Assembly: GCA_964270895.1 (NCBI GenBank) | Contig: OZ185448.1 | Direction: 5' to 3' (one strand) | DNA: 64,000 nt | From: Podarcis filfolensis | Lineage: Eukaryota | In this document: piece after piece, positions 11,953-23,693 of the stretch | Numbering within the stretch: position 1 is the first letter of the stretch | Layout: each line of letters begins with the position of its first letter | The notes under the pieces: model-generated | Database searches by the model: none | What the model was told of the DNA's origin: nothing | Seen by the model: the letters and a program-made list of their open reading frames with translations, nothing else | Position numbers and translations under genes: made by a program

Positions 11953-13789
11953 GTTGTTTTGGGACAGCTGTACAACATGGCACAATATCTCTTCTTTTTT
12001 TGTTGTAGTAGTTGTATTTAGAGCTTGGTGAAAGTAGCACAGCATTTAAAATTTAAATGGATGTTAATTGGATTATTTTGTCAAGTTATGCAACTCATCA
12101 GTGTGAATTTTGCACTTCGGGACTCCATTTTTCTGTGTCTGCTTCCTAATTTCCAGGTTGCCAGTATTGATCCCACTGAATATAAATAATGTTGTTCCCT
12201 GATGGAGAGGTCCTGGTGTAAGTGGGATGGGATTCCTCACATTGCAGCCTCAAACCGGAAGGCACGTTAGAGCAATTCCATTAAGAGCAGTGTTTACAAT
12301 AACACAGAATGACTCTACCAATTTGGCAGATGAGGACCTGGCATGGGGAGCTCTGTCGTGGGACAAACAAACAACTCCCACATCTAGATTGATTCTGCAG
12401 TTACAGAGGGGTGGGGTGGGGGAGCAAGATGCACTATTCTTGTTGGCGGCAGTTAAGCAGATTGCAATTCTGCCAAGACTGCATTTGCGGTGACAACCTG
12501 AAACACAGCTGGTAGGGGTGTGTCAAAGAGGTAGAGGGGCATAATCATAGTCATGTACTTCAGGTTCTTTTAATAACTGCTGATAGCAGCGGAAAACAGT
12601 CAAGGTGCTGCTGCAGAGAGTGGTGTCCAGGGTACTAGGAGTTTTTGACTTTTTATTTGTATAATTATCTAGTAGCTTACTGACCAATTCCTGTGTGCCT
12701 CTTCTTCCCTCCAACTCCCTTTTTTTCCCTTTATTTTGTGCTGCAGAATTGTGTTCATCAATGCATGTTTAATCAAGTTTCTTTTCCGTTTTATTCTCAC
12801 TGCTGAATTCTACCCCCCCCCCCCGCCCCAAGAGGAGTGGTTGAGTGTGTGTTCTCTCAGCCTTTTGTGTTTGTGAGTGACTACCAGGAGAACTAATGAG
12901 CCAGCAGAAGGAGCAGATGTGTTTCCTTTGGGGAAATCGGATTCAGACCTACAGCTGCCATTGGGACAGGTAATATCTGGGCATACTCAGACCTAGAATG
13001 TGTTGCCCTCTGGAAAGTCAGAGGGCGCAGTGAGAAGCCAGCAAGGCATATCGTATTGAGTGTATAAAATATTAGGAATTCATCCCTCTGTGGGGTTTTT
13101 ATGTTTAGTATGAGCAGTTTGATCCTTAACAGCACCTTTGTTTGCCTTTGAGGGATATTGGTCTAAGTAACAAAGATGTAAGTAAAACGCTCTTCTCTTG
13201 CCAGTCTCATTCACATTAAAAGCTTATCTTTGTGGCTCGGAGTGAACAGTCTGTTTTGGTGTAACCCTTAATGCTTGAAATTTCCATGAGCAACTCAGCC
13301 CTGTCTTTACTGTCAACCAACTGAAGAGACTGGAGTAAGTTTAATTACAGATGTTGCAAAAATGGGAAGGAAGGACCTAGGAATGGGGAAACCTTTCGGT
13401 GGACTAATGCAATAGATACCCTGGGCACATGAAGAAAAACATGGCATTCTTCAGAGCACCACTTTAGTCATCTTTACAGCAAATGTTCAGGGCAGGGCTA
13501 TACCACAAATGGGAGCTGCAGCAGAATGTCGCAGTGTCCCACATGAGTGCGGATCTGCAGTTCTAGTTGTCCAGGATACTATAAATTCAAGCTGCCCAAT
13601 TCATTTCTTCCTCCTTGATCCCTTTCTGTATTTCTTTTCCAAGGAACACATGACATGGAGGAACACATGACATTCACTCCCGGAGGTCACTGAAAATGCT
13701 CCACTTCCTTTGAGCTATTTGGTAGGAAGGTGCTGTTCCTCCATTTGGGACTTCCAAAACGTTTTTCATTTCTGGATACCTGGGAGTTC

Positions 13790-14047
13790 AACCAAGGAGA
13801 ATCCACTGTCGTCCAAGGGAGTTAGTTCTGCTGTCACAGACAGCTCTTGCTGTCAGCAAGTTCTTCCTAATGCTACATTGGAATCTCCCATCTTGCCATT
13901 TGAATCAATTTGTTTGGGCCCTCCCTGCTGGAGCAGCGGAAAACAAACCTGTTCCATCCTCCGTGTGACGGCCCTTCAGATCTTTGAAGGTGGCCAACCG
14001 CTCAGTCTTCTCCATGCTGAACATACCCAAGTCCCTCAACCATTCCC
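13790..14047 (-). mobile_element. Degenerate CR1 LINE 3' fragment
   Basis: Minus-strand translation DLGMFSMEKTERL..FKDLKGRHTEDGTGLFSAAPAGRAQTN resembles the CR1 ORF2 C-terminus at 17413-18060. Confidence 0.75.
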
Positions 14048-15699
14048 AAATTACCCCAAAGCCTCTGCATGTTGGGGTGGGAGTAAGACAGGAGTGTGGA
14101 AGCACAGGCTCAGGGGCTAAATGTGGCCCCAACTCTTTCCAGCTCACATGCCTGGTGATTCTGTGCTGGGCCCTTGAGTGCTTTTTGCCTGGCTGGAATG
14201 CATCCTTGAACTGTGAGCAGGCCTCTTGCTTGGCTGGATAGGGAAGGGAATTGTTAGTCCCTGAAAACAGCCAGTTGCAACAGCCACACAGGAGCAGACA
14301 GCATGCTGAGATTTCCAAGCCATCAAGACTAATCACTTGGCAACCAAAGTAACTTGAAACACAGCTTCTTGTTCCCCATCTTCAAGGACCCAAAGAACTG
14401 GAGAGCAGACTAATGTCCTGTTGCTAGGAGGGGAGAGTAGCTGTGGAGCAGAGCAGATTATTAACATTTCATGCAAGCTGCCCTGTCTACATGTGGGCCT
14501 TAGCTTTCAATCTTTTGCATTGCTGAGGCATATAGTTTTCTCTCCTGCGGTGGGAAAACCTAAGTGTCCTCAAATTGCTTTAAAAAACTACTGTTTTAGC
14601 GATGTGTACATTGCAGTCCTGTGGTCTTTATATGGGAAGAAGCCCCCATTGCAGACAGTGGGACTGACTTCAAATAGCAAACGTGCCTAAGATTGGGTGG
14701 CTATTTACCTTCTGCCCACAAAAGCGTATGGTTTGCTCTGGAGAATTGGGCCAGGTTCATTGCCCCTCAGAATCTATGCTAAAGTTCACCACTAACCACA
14801 AGGCAGCAGTTTCTGCTGAGAAAGTAGCCCCCTCTTACCTACCTCTGGGCTTTAAGATCTTCACATGGCTGGCAACTTTCCTTGTACGAATGTCATAGGA
14901 TGCCAGATCCCCAAAAAAGGAGGCCCTTAGAAACACGTTTTCATGAGGCAAGGAATGTCGGCTTGAATACAAACTCAGTAAGATTTGTGTCATTCTGGTC
15001 CTTGCACCAGATGGAAGCTCAAACAAAATCACCTAAGTCTGTTAAACTCCTGCTTGGGAAAACAGCAGCCCTTATTCAAGTTTTTCTGTTGCAATTGACC
15101 ATGTTATTCAACGCAAAAGCTAGCAAAGCCTCTGGAACCTAGGTGCTTTTCTGCTGCAATGTGCCCTTTATTGCTCTGACCCAAACAGAAGTGTTTAGAC
15201 AAAGGAAGCAACATTTCTGCCTTCCTCACTCTCCCCGTGACAATTAATGTAAATAGGAATGAGTTACAAGACTCACAGGTAGGGCCAAGGACATAATTTT
15301 CTCCGGCACAACCAGGGTACCCACAAACCCTCCTTTAGAGAGGACTGTTTGAAGGACTGTAGTAAAACAAAGAGAACCATAAGAAAGGCCCTTGAAGGTG
15401 CCAATCAACATTTAAGCACGTGAAGGAAAGGCTAAGCAGGGACACAGGGTCACAGTCCTCCCCACTGTGCTGAGAGCTTTTCTGTTTAAAGTATAGGATT
15501 TATTTCTCCATTGTGCACATATTAATTAGCATATGCAAATTGCATGTGAATCTGTGTCCTTTGTTTTGGTTTGGGAGCCTTTTGTGGTGGTGCTTGTTTT
15601 TATTTCATAAAGCTGATACACGACTATAAAAAAACAAAAAAAAACCCTCAACACAGTTTTTACAGAAAGAATAAAATAATGAAATGATCAGCTTAAGAA

Positions 15700-16040
15700 A
15701 AAGGTAAAAAGACCTCTTTAAAACATTAAATAATTACAACCAACAAGAAGCTAAAAACCAGACTGAAACACACGTTGACGTTCTACATATCTGGATAGCC
15801 TTACCTAAACAATGTTTTTAGCAGGTGCGGGAAAGAGTACGGCAAAGATGCCTGATGTCAACAGGCAGAGAGTTTCAAAGTTTAGGTGCTGCCATGTTAA
15901 AAGGATTGATTTCTTACCAATGCAGAACAGGTATGTGTACCAGTTGGGCATATTGAAGTGGTAAATGGGGCATATATCGGGTGAGGCAATCTGCTAGGTG
16001 ATGATCGGTGTTGAGGTGCAAAAGACACCATCTTTACCTA
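15700..16040 (-). mobile_element. Degenerate L2-like LINE 3' fragment
   Basis: tttttagcaggtgcgggaaagagtac...gcctgatgtcaacaggcagagagtttcaaag is an antisense L2-type 3' motif, recognised from memory. Confidence 0.5.
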
Positions 16041-16524
16041 AATCATATTTTCCTGCATTCTTCTCTTACAAGGCTGTCCATTCCCAGTCAGGTGGCCACT
16101 CACACATCACCTTAAAAACAGGAGCAAAATGGCGCCTGGCTTCATTAATGTAGAGATGCAAACAGAGAAAGGGATTACAAGTTAATAACAGGCCCAAATA
16201 CAGACTTCCAATTTCCAGGCACAAAGAACAGAACCAGGTTTGTAGAAACAGTTTGGTTTTTTTAATGTGAGACCCGTAATTCCATGACTTCTGCCACGGA
16301 TGTAAATCTCTCCAATCAAGTAGCACTGTGGTGCACGTGGCAGAGAGCAAGGTGTGGCCTGTGCAAAGGGGTGCCTGCTCCTTGCCCCCTCCCAAGGAAA
16401 GCCAAAGTGGTTGAAGTGCAATAATCCCACCCTCCTCCAAACGCACACCATCAAAGCCTGGGGTACACAGGCTGGAATGTGGATCGCTTCAGAAAGGCAG
16501 TCCATGGGCAGAGGTAGTAGGCTC

Positions 16525-16645
16525 TCAGTGTTCATACAGGATTTTCTGATCACAACAATCCCAGTCTATCAGCTCATTGCTGCGAAACCAAAGGCTGATC
16601 TCTCTCTGGGCCGTCTCCAGGGAGTCGCTGGCGTGGACAACGTTC
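16525..16645 (-). CDS. NME4: NME4 exon 5 coding part
   Basis: aaacag|G AAC GTT GTC CAC...GAA CAC TGA; [39 protein letters not shown]; 121 nt. Confidence 0.94.
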
Positions 16646-19600
16646 CTGTTTACGGGGGAAACCTCACAATGAGGGCATATCATAAGTTAAGGTCCTATCT
16701 ATCCTACAGCTACAAAAACAAACAACCCAATTTTATATCCCTTTTAACTGTTACAACCTACTTCCCCCAAATAAGTTGTAGATGGATGAGAGGGACCAAG
16801 AACTCTTTCCTGAATTGCTACAGAATTCCTGAGAGGAGGAACAGCTGGGTCTGCCTACAGTGTGGCTGCCCTAAGGCAGCATCTTGAGCTACCCTTACCT
16901 GGGGCTGAGTCAAGAAGCCACTACAATGCAGTAAAATGATGGAACAAGAGTTTTCCTGCAGAACCTCCAGAGGCAAAAGGAACTTCCCAGGGGGCAATCT
17001 AGTATCTAATACCTGTTTTAGGCATGAAGGAGGACTTTTAGAACGCTCACTCAAACAAAAACAAGGAAAGAATGAACACATCAGGGAACGAAGGTTCAGC
17101 CCAGTCTACTCTTGCTCTGCAAGATTTCTATTAGCAAGGACATTTTTAAAAACGCCAAATTAAAACTTGATTCCCACAACACCCCCCCCCCCCCGAATCT
17201 GTAGTTCCAGCTAGCATAGGCCATTCGGCCATTTTATTCCACTGTAAATGTAGGCAGTAATAAATACAGATCACAAACTAAGGGAAGAGGATTTTTAAGC
17301 ACACACATGGAAAAGTGAAATGGAATTTACAATAGAATGGAAAAATGAGAAAGCAAAGAAAGATCATACAACACAAAGTGTCGGAACTCATACTGACATT
17401 TCAACATCTTGATTGGTTCATCAATACAAGATGGGTGACACCTGGCTTGAGAGCAGTACATGTGAAAAGGATCTAGGAGTCTTGGTTGACCACAAACTTG
17501 ACATGAGCCAACAGTGTGACGCGGCAGCTAAAAAAGCCAATGCAATTCTGGGCTGCATCAATAGGAGTATAGCATCTAGATCAAGGGAAGTAATAGTGCC
17601 ACTGTATTCTGCTCTGGTCAGACCTCACCTGGAATACTGTGTCCAGTTCTGGGCACCACAGTTCAAGAAGGACACTGACAAACTGGAACGTGTCCAGAGG
17701 AGGGCAACCAAAATGGTCAAAGGCCTGGAAACGATGCCTTATGAGGAACGGCTAAGGGAGCTGGGCATGTTTAGCCTGGAGAAGAGGAGGTTAAGGGGTG
17801 ATATGATAGCCATGTTCAAATATATAAAAGGATGTCACATAGAGGAGGGAGAAAGGTTGTTTTCTGCTGCTCCAGAGAAGCAGACACGGAGCAATGGATC
17901 CAAACTACAAGAAAGAAGATTCCACCTAAACATTAGGAAGAACTTCCTGACAGTAAGAGCTGTTCGACAGTGGAATTTGCTGCCAAGGAGTGTGGTGGAG
18001 TCTCCTTCTTTGGAGGTCTTTAAGCAGAGGCTTGACAACCATATGTCAGGAGTGCTCTGATGGTGTTTCCTGCTTGGCAGGGGGTTGGACTCGATGGCCC
18101 TTGTGGTCTCTTCCAACTCTATGATTCTATGATTCATATAAACACCCTTCCCCTATTATTCATACATGGCACTGTTGAACACTGGTTTCGTTTGACCCAG
18201 AAAGCTCATTTTCCATACTGACCCTCTCAGGTAACTACATAATGGCAGGAGGAACTATTCTGCAGCGTACTTAAACGAATGATTCACCAGACCAGGAAAT
18301 GGGACTTAACCAAAAGAGTCAGCGTTTTGCATTTTCCATGGGTAACCAGGCCAGAGACTCATGTCAAAGTTTGAACCTAGAAGCACCAGCAAGTCAAGAC
18401 CGGCCTGGTTAGAGCTCAGTGCCAGAGCACCTGCCTCGCAGGTAGAACATCCCAGATCCCATCTCCAGCAAGAGCTGAGACAGACTTCCTGCCCGAAAAA
18501 CCTGGACAGCCACTGCCAGTCCATGTAAACAATACAGAGGTAGATGGACTCATGGTCTAACTCTGTGCAGAAAACTTCCTGTGTTTCCTGCTATTTTGGT
18601 CCCACTCTTACCTGCTGACGTGGACGCTGAAGTCTCCCCGGATGGTGCCTGCCTTGGCTTCCACAGGATTTGTCTCGCCCACCATAGCCCTGGAGGTTTT
18701 GACGACGTTGTAGCCTTCCCAGACCTGAAACAGGACACCATAGAAAAAAAGGGCAAAGACCAGTGGTTCTGACATTCCTGCTAACGGCTAAACAGGGCAA
18801 TATGTCTCTATCAGTGCCTTTCATGAAGTACAGAAGTGCTTCCCCAACTAACATCACTGATACAGATGGGGTGTTTAGAAGGGTGGGGCAGAGGAGCTCT
18901 AATGCATTGCAGCTGGCTATGGGCCTGGTTTGGACCACAGGGCCCAAACTGGCAATTTGCAGCGGGCGGCGGGATCTTCTGCTGAAGTACACAGGAGCTT
19001 CCCTTCACCCTTATGCCTAATACCTATGCAAAATGGTTTTTCCCATATCCAAGATACAAGAGCAGTACCCAGATTTGCATTTGCATCCCACAATGATAGT
19101 GCTGGACCTACATTTCTGGGGTCCTGGAGATTGAATTGTCACGGGGGTTCCTGTGCAACCTGCAACGAGGTCTGGGTAACCCATTATCTTCTTTGATGGG
19201 GCTGTTCCACGACAGATCACAACGTGAAAAGCAATTAACTATGACATCTCGGATTTCGATTGAAACTGCTGTACAGTGTCACTGGTGCGATATAAAATGT
19301 TGCAAGCAACATGGACTAAAGTCACTTCTGGGACCCCTCTGGGATTAGGACCTGGGAGTTTAAGCTTCATTAGTTTTACAGTAGATCTGCCCCTGCACAA
19401 TGGCTAAATGTTCTCCTTCCTCTATCAGAGGCAGCGTGCATACGAAGGCCATTTGCTGTGCATCACCAGAGGGGAAACTGCTATTGTACCCAGAGGTCCC
19501 AATTTTCTGCTTCCCATTGGAGCTTCTGGTTGGCTGACGTGAGAAGAGATGATGGACTAGATGGGCCTCTGGGTATTGGTGAGAGGGGATGGGGAAGAGA

Positions 19601-22600
19601 GACTGTCTTACCATGGCAACCACAGGCCCCGAAGTCATGTACTTGATCAGCTCGTGATAGAACGGCTTTCGGCGCAGTTCGTGGTAGTGTTCTGCCAGGA
19701 TGCCTTCATTGGCCTGCCAAAACAAAGGTGCATCTGACGTTCAAATGGGCAGAGCCTCTCACTTATGAGACCCTGAAGCACAATCCCCTGTGTTGGCATG
19801 GGTAGCTGTCTCTGGGTCCAAGGGACGCGGGATTTTGTGGGTTCGTGAACCCTTTGCCCCAGAGGTGCATCTTGAGGAAGGGCTACCTGTCCATGTCTTC
19901 TACCTTGTTGAAGGTGGCTGATGACAACATTTAGATCCCCAGGAAGGATTGAAACTTCCCTCCCCACCCCACCCCGGAGCAAGGCTGTGGGTCATGGATA
20001 ACTCTCCTCACAGGAAGGAGCACTCCAATTCAAAGTGTTGGTGCTGACCTTTAAAGCCCTAAACGGCCTCGGTCCTGTATACCTGAAGGATCGTCTCCAC
20101 CCCCATCGTTCAGCTCAGACACTGAGATCCAGCTCCGAGGGCCTTCTGGCGGTTCCCTCATTGCGAGAAGTGAGGTTACAGGGAACCAGGCAGAGGGCCT
20201 TCTCGGTAGTGGCGCCCACCCCTGTGGAACACCCTCCCTTCAGATGTGAAGGAAATAAGCAGCTATCTTCTCTTTAAAAGACATCTGAAGGCAGCCCTGT
20301 TTAGGGAACTTTTTAATATTTAATGCTGTATTGTTTTTAACACTCGATTGGAAGCCGCCCAGAGTGTCTGGGGAAACTCAGCCAGATAGGCGGGGTATAA
20401 ATAATAAATTATTATTATTATAACCTACCCCAATGTTTCCTGAGTGCTTGGCAAGCCTTGATTGCCCCCCATTTCAGCACCCAGTGAGCGTACCTGGAGC
20501 AACTTGAGACCCACAAGCTTGAATCCGCGTTTTTCAAAGCGTCTGATCACATCCCCCACCAGCCTCCTCTGCACCCCATCTGGCTTCACGGCGATCAGTG
20601 TGCGTTCCTGCAGCCCAGGGACACCTATTGGGCAAAGAAAGGGTGGTTAGAGCCAGAGATCTTGGGAGCCCTCGTGGCTGTGATGAGTGAGAACTGCAAC
20701 AAAGAGTTGCAGCATGCAGGGCTCCTGTTCAGTGTTGCAGGAGCCAGCCAGACAGGCCTCCTTTCAGGGTACTCTTTCATCCTCCCTATCCCCCCTGGTT
20801 TTCTATAGATTGTTTCCCTGGGCTTCAATTCAAACCTTTTGGAGTCCTAAAGTTTAAGATGACAGGGCACCAGATCTCGAGGTGATTCATCATAATGCCC
20901 TAATTTTGAGATGGCATTAAATTTCACTACAATTTCCACCTGTTTAGGGCTATGGCTGAATTTGCCATCGGCTGAGGATAATATACATTAGAACACTGTT
21001 CTATTTCTGAATGAGTTCTGAAACAGTTTCCCCTCCATTTAGCCAAAGTAGTAAAAAATAGAATATGGTAGAAATTGTGATAAACACACAGAAAGCAGCC
21101 AATTTTGCTCTGGCTGTAGCAAAATGTGTCACGGTTACTCTGACCCTCAGATAATAGACTGCAAGCTGTAAAACTAATGTTGCTGTTTTACAATGTTTGC
21201 TTTTTAAAAGTATTTGCCTGTATAGAGATGCCGGGTTGTTTTGTAGGCACGATGGCTGGCAAATCAAACTGAAGATCCCTAAAAGTGAAGGGAGTAAGGA
21301 AGCAGTATTGGAGGGGCAATGGAAAGCTCACCCTTTTTTCCCCACTAGATGCTCCCTCTCCTGCAAAATTTTGGGAATACAGCAAAAAGGCTTTGATGCC
21401 CAGTGGTGCAGTGGATGCCCCTTTCCCAGAGGGCTTTGCTTCCTGCAGGAGGAGAGCGACAGCACTGCAAAGCAAGCAGGCTGATTAGTCACTGGGGACC
21501 TACCTAAAAGCAGGTGGATGGGACTGCAGCCTCAAGGCACAGAAACAGCAGACACCAGCAGGGAGGGAAATGGGCAACTTTTAAGCTAATCATACTTAGC
21601 AGTCATATCATGCAGTTAAATGCTCCAAGCACCTCCTATACATTAAATATAGGACATTACATTTAAAGTGAAATCTGCCCTCTGCACCAGGAATCCCAGC
21701 AGCTGCAGTTGACGCAGTGGGGTCGACTGGTCCACAAAAGCTTTATGTCACAATGAATCTGCTAATTAGTCACTGAGGATGCCACTGCCAGAAATCTCTT
21801 CTGGGGAATTTGCTATAATAAGCCGAATTGTCTCCTTCTTGGGAAGTCACATACACTGACTGTGCAATCCTTACAACAGTCCTGTACGGCAGGCCAGAAG
21901 AGTACGTTCACCTCTAACCAAGCTCCTTTAACATGTAGCAAACTGGGGGAAGAAAGGGATCTCCCCCCCCCCCCGAAAGGAGAGTGTGATGTAATTCAAG
22001 GGCTCTGTTTTCCAGACAGAAGAAAAAGTAGCAGCTATCCTCTTCCAATACGTAGGTCAGTTATGCTGCTCTCTGGGGATGAGAGACCCAAAAGCCAAAG
22101 CAGGGGGCCACCTTTATTGGGAACAATTGAATCATCGCCAAGTAGAGAGCCAGCATTCTCCAGCACACTTCTTGAAAGCAAGAGCGGGGTGAGACAAACA
22201 GCTAGATATGAAGGTTGAACCCCCAAGTTGGCAATTTATGTACAGTGGTACCTCGGGTTAAATACTTAATTCGTTCCGGAGGTCCGCTCTTAACCTGAAA
22301 CTGTTCTTAACCTGAAGCACCACTTTAGCTAATGGGGCCTCCCGCTGCCGCCATGCTGCCGGAGCACAATTTCTGTTCTCATCCTGAAGCAAAGTTCTTA
22401 ACCTGAAGCACTATTTCTGAGTTAGCGGAGTCTGTAACCTGAAGCGTATGCAACCTGAGGTACCACTGCATTGATCTTTGAATACAGAAGTGTGGGCCTG
22501 GCAATGTTGACCTCTGGTCAGCCCTGCTTGCCAGTGTGTCAAGAAGAGGGTTTAGGAATTATCACTGCCCACAGCTAGATTTTCTTCCCACCTGGTGTGT

Positions 22601-23649
22601 GGATACTAGTTTGCACGGTAAAACCATCTCAGCCTGAAAGAGAGATGAGCGCTGCACCCCACTGACTGGAATTAACCGTCCAGGGGTCCTTTACCTTTAC
22701 CTTTTTTACTAGTTTGCATGCTAAAAAAGGGAACACGAGCAGCATCTGACCACCACCCTGGGAGTCACTGCCAACACAGGGGCATGGGAAAGTGGGGCAT
22801 GGAAAAGTAGGGCTGGAACTCCCAGCTCTTCACTGTTTCAAGTCAGAGGGAACTTCACCTTAAGCTACAGCTCTTCCTAAGGCACCTGTAGATGCACCCC
22901 AGAAGATGCCAAGCTGTGCCAACAGAGGAATTCAGAAAGATTCCTGAATTGCAGGGAGTTGGACTAGATGATCCTCATGGTCCCTTCCAACTATGACTCT
23001 AGGATGCACTTGGAACAGACCATCCCCCCTCTAGTTTGCACAGCCCAAGGAAATGCCAAGCCAGATTTCGTAACAGCCCCCCATGCCAAGCTAGCAAGTA
23101 CTAGCTTGGGTGGGTAAGCAAAGAAAGAATGCCAAGGGGTACAAGTCTTATGATACCCAACTCCTCAAAGTTGTGCGCAACCAGGGAATGCCCTGTTGTG
23201 TCTCTCCAGGAGTAACGCCTGATGGAGAGATAGATAGGACCGTGCAGGACTCCGGATCGGCCAATGGTCAGGGACGATGGGAACGGGAAGGGTTGCGGAC
23301 TGCAGAGAGTCGGGGTGGGTGGGTGGAAGGGCCTGGCCCGACTTTGCCTAACTCGGATTTGCCCGCCGGAGCCACCACGCGGCGAGGGCGCAAGTTGCGC
23401 GCCCATCCCGGAGCGGAGAGGCGCTTCGCGGAACGAGTTCTGCAGCCCCCTCGCCGGAAGGAAAAGAGCGGAGGCGATATCTCACCCCGAGGGCGCTTCG
23501 CCCCGCAACTCACCCGCGCTGTACAGCCGCCCCCCGGGGAGGCGATCGCAAGGCAGAGCCCCCCACGCCCCGAGGCTGCCCGCGCCCCGCTGCTCCGACG
23601 GCAGCAACAGGCGGCAGCTCCGGCCCACGCAGCGCTGCAGGAAGCCCAT
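16525..23649 (-). CDS. NME4: Mitochondrial nucleoside diphosphate kinase D (NDPK-D), complete, 200 aa
   Basis: Exons 23649-23514, 20624-20494, 19713-19612, 18724-18612 and 16645-16525 total 603 nt in frame. Features: [28 protein letters not shown] basic triad (cardiolipin-binding in NME4), RNVVHASDS catalytic His, and an Arg-rich N-terminal presequence. Strong Kozak context gccgccATGG. Confidence 0.95.
17413..18135 (+). mobile_element. CR1 LINE, 5'-truncated, young (NME4 intron 4, antisense)
   Basis: Uninterrupted 215-codon ORF2 C-terminus ([63 protein letters not shown]), CR1 3' UTR and (ATTCTATG)n tail. Confidence 0.95.
18411..18560 (+). mobile_element. Old tRNA-headed SINE (same family as 26664-26819 and ~41880-42010)
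   Basis: agctcagtgccagagcacctg head plus shared gccactgccagtc..tg..gacaatac.gag.tagatggac body. Confidence 0.55.
18612..18724 (-). CDS. NME4: NME4 exon 4
   Basis: tttcag|GTC TGG GAA...AGC AG|gtaaga; [37 protein letters not shown]; 113 nt. Confidence 0.95.
19612..19713 (-). CDS. NME4: NME4 exon 3
   Basis: tggcag|GCC AAT GAA...GCC ATG|gtaaga; [34 protein letters not shown]; 102 nt. Confidence 0.95.
20026..20420 (+). mobile_element. L2 LINE 3' fragment (NME4 intron 2)
   Basis: [32 protein letters not shown]2 end, gggcggggtataaataataa 3' end and (TTA)n tail. Confidence 0.85.
20494..20624 (-). CDS. NME4: NME4 exon 2
   Basis: caatag|GT GTC CCT...CTC CAG|gtacgc; [43 protein letters not shown]; 131 nt. 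Confidence 0.94.
22243..22468. mobile_element. Tc1/mariner (Tigger/pogo-like) MITE, copy 1
   Basis: TIR cagtggtacctcgggtta.../...caacctgaggtaccactg; TA on the left flank, CA on the right; 226 bp. Confidence 0.88.
22616..22706 (+). mobile_element. 5'-truncated Sauria SINE / partner-LINE 3' end
   Basis: gagatgagcgctgcacccc...gactgga..caggggtcctttacctttacc matches the 3' end of the 3811-4183 element; TSD tactagtttgca at 22604-22615 and 22707-22718. Confidence 0.85.
22942..23000 (+). mobile_element. CR1-type 3' tail remnant
   Basis: tgcagggagttggactagatgatcctcatggtcccttccaactatgactcta. Confidence 0.6.
23514..23649 (-). CDS. NME4: NME4 exon 1 (mitochondrial presequence)
   Basis: gccgccATG GGC TTC CTG CAG CGC...TAC AGC GCG G|gtgagt; [45 protein letters not shown]; 136 nt, phase 1 matches exon 2. 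Confidence 0.85.
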
Positions 23650-23687
23650 GGCGGCTCGCCCGGCAGAAGGGGGCCGGCCCGGCCGGG

Positions 23688-23693
23688 TTTATA
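23688..23693 (-). promoter_or_regulatory. TATA box (TATAAA) of NME4
   Basis: Plus-strand tttata = minus-strand TATAAA, an AT patch within GC-rich DNA, 39 nt upstream of the ATG. Confidence 0.6.

Noticed and set aside
11430-16520. Globin gene or pseudogene expected next to the LUC7L 3' end
   Set aside because: No globin-like peptide in the ORF track or recognisable by eye; the interval holds 3' UTR sequence and LINE remnants.
16354-16887. 177-aa plus-strand ORF
   Set aside because: Antisense shadow over NME4 exon 5 and its 3' UTR; no recognisable domain.
17413-18060. 215-aa ORF as a host gene
   Set aside because: It is the CR1 ORF2 C-terminus, 5'-truncated, with a retroposon tail.
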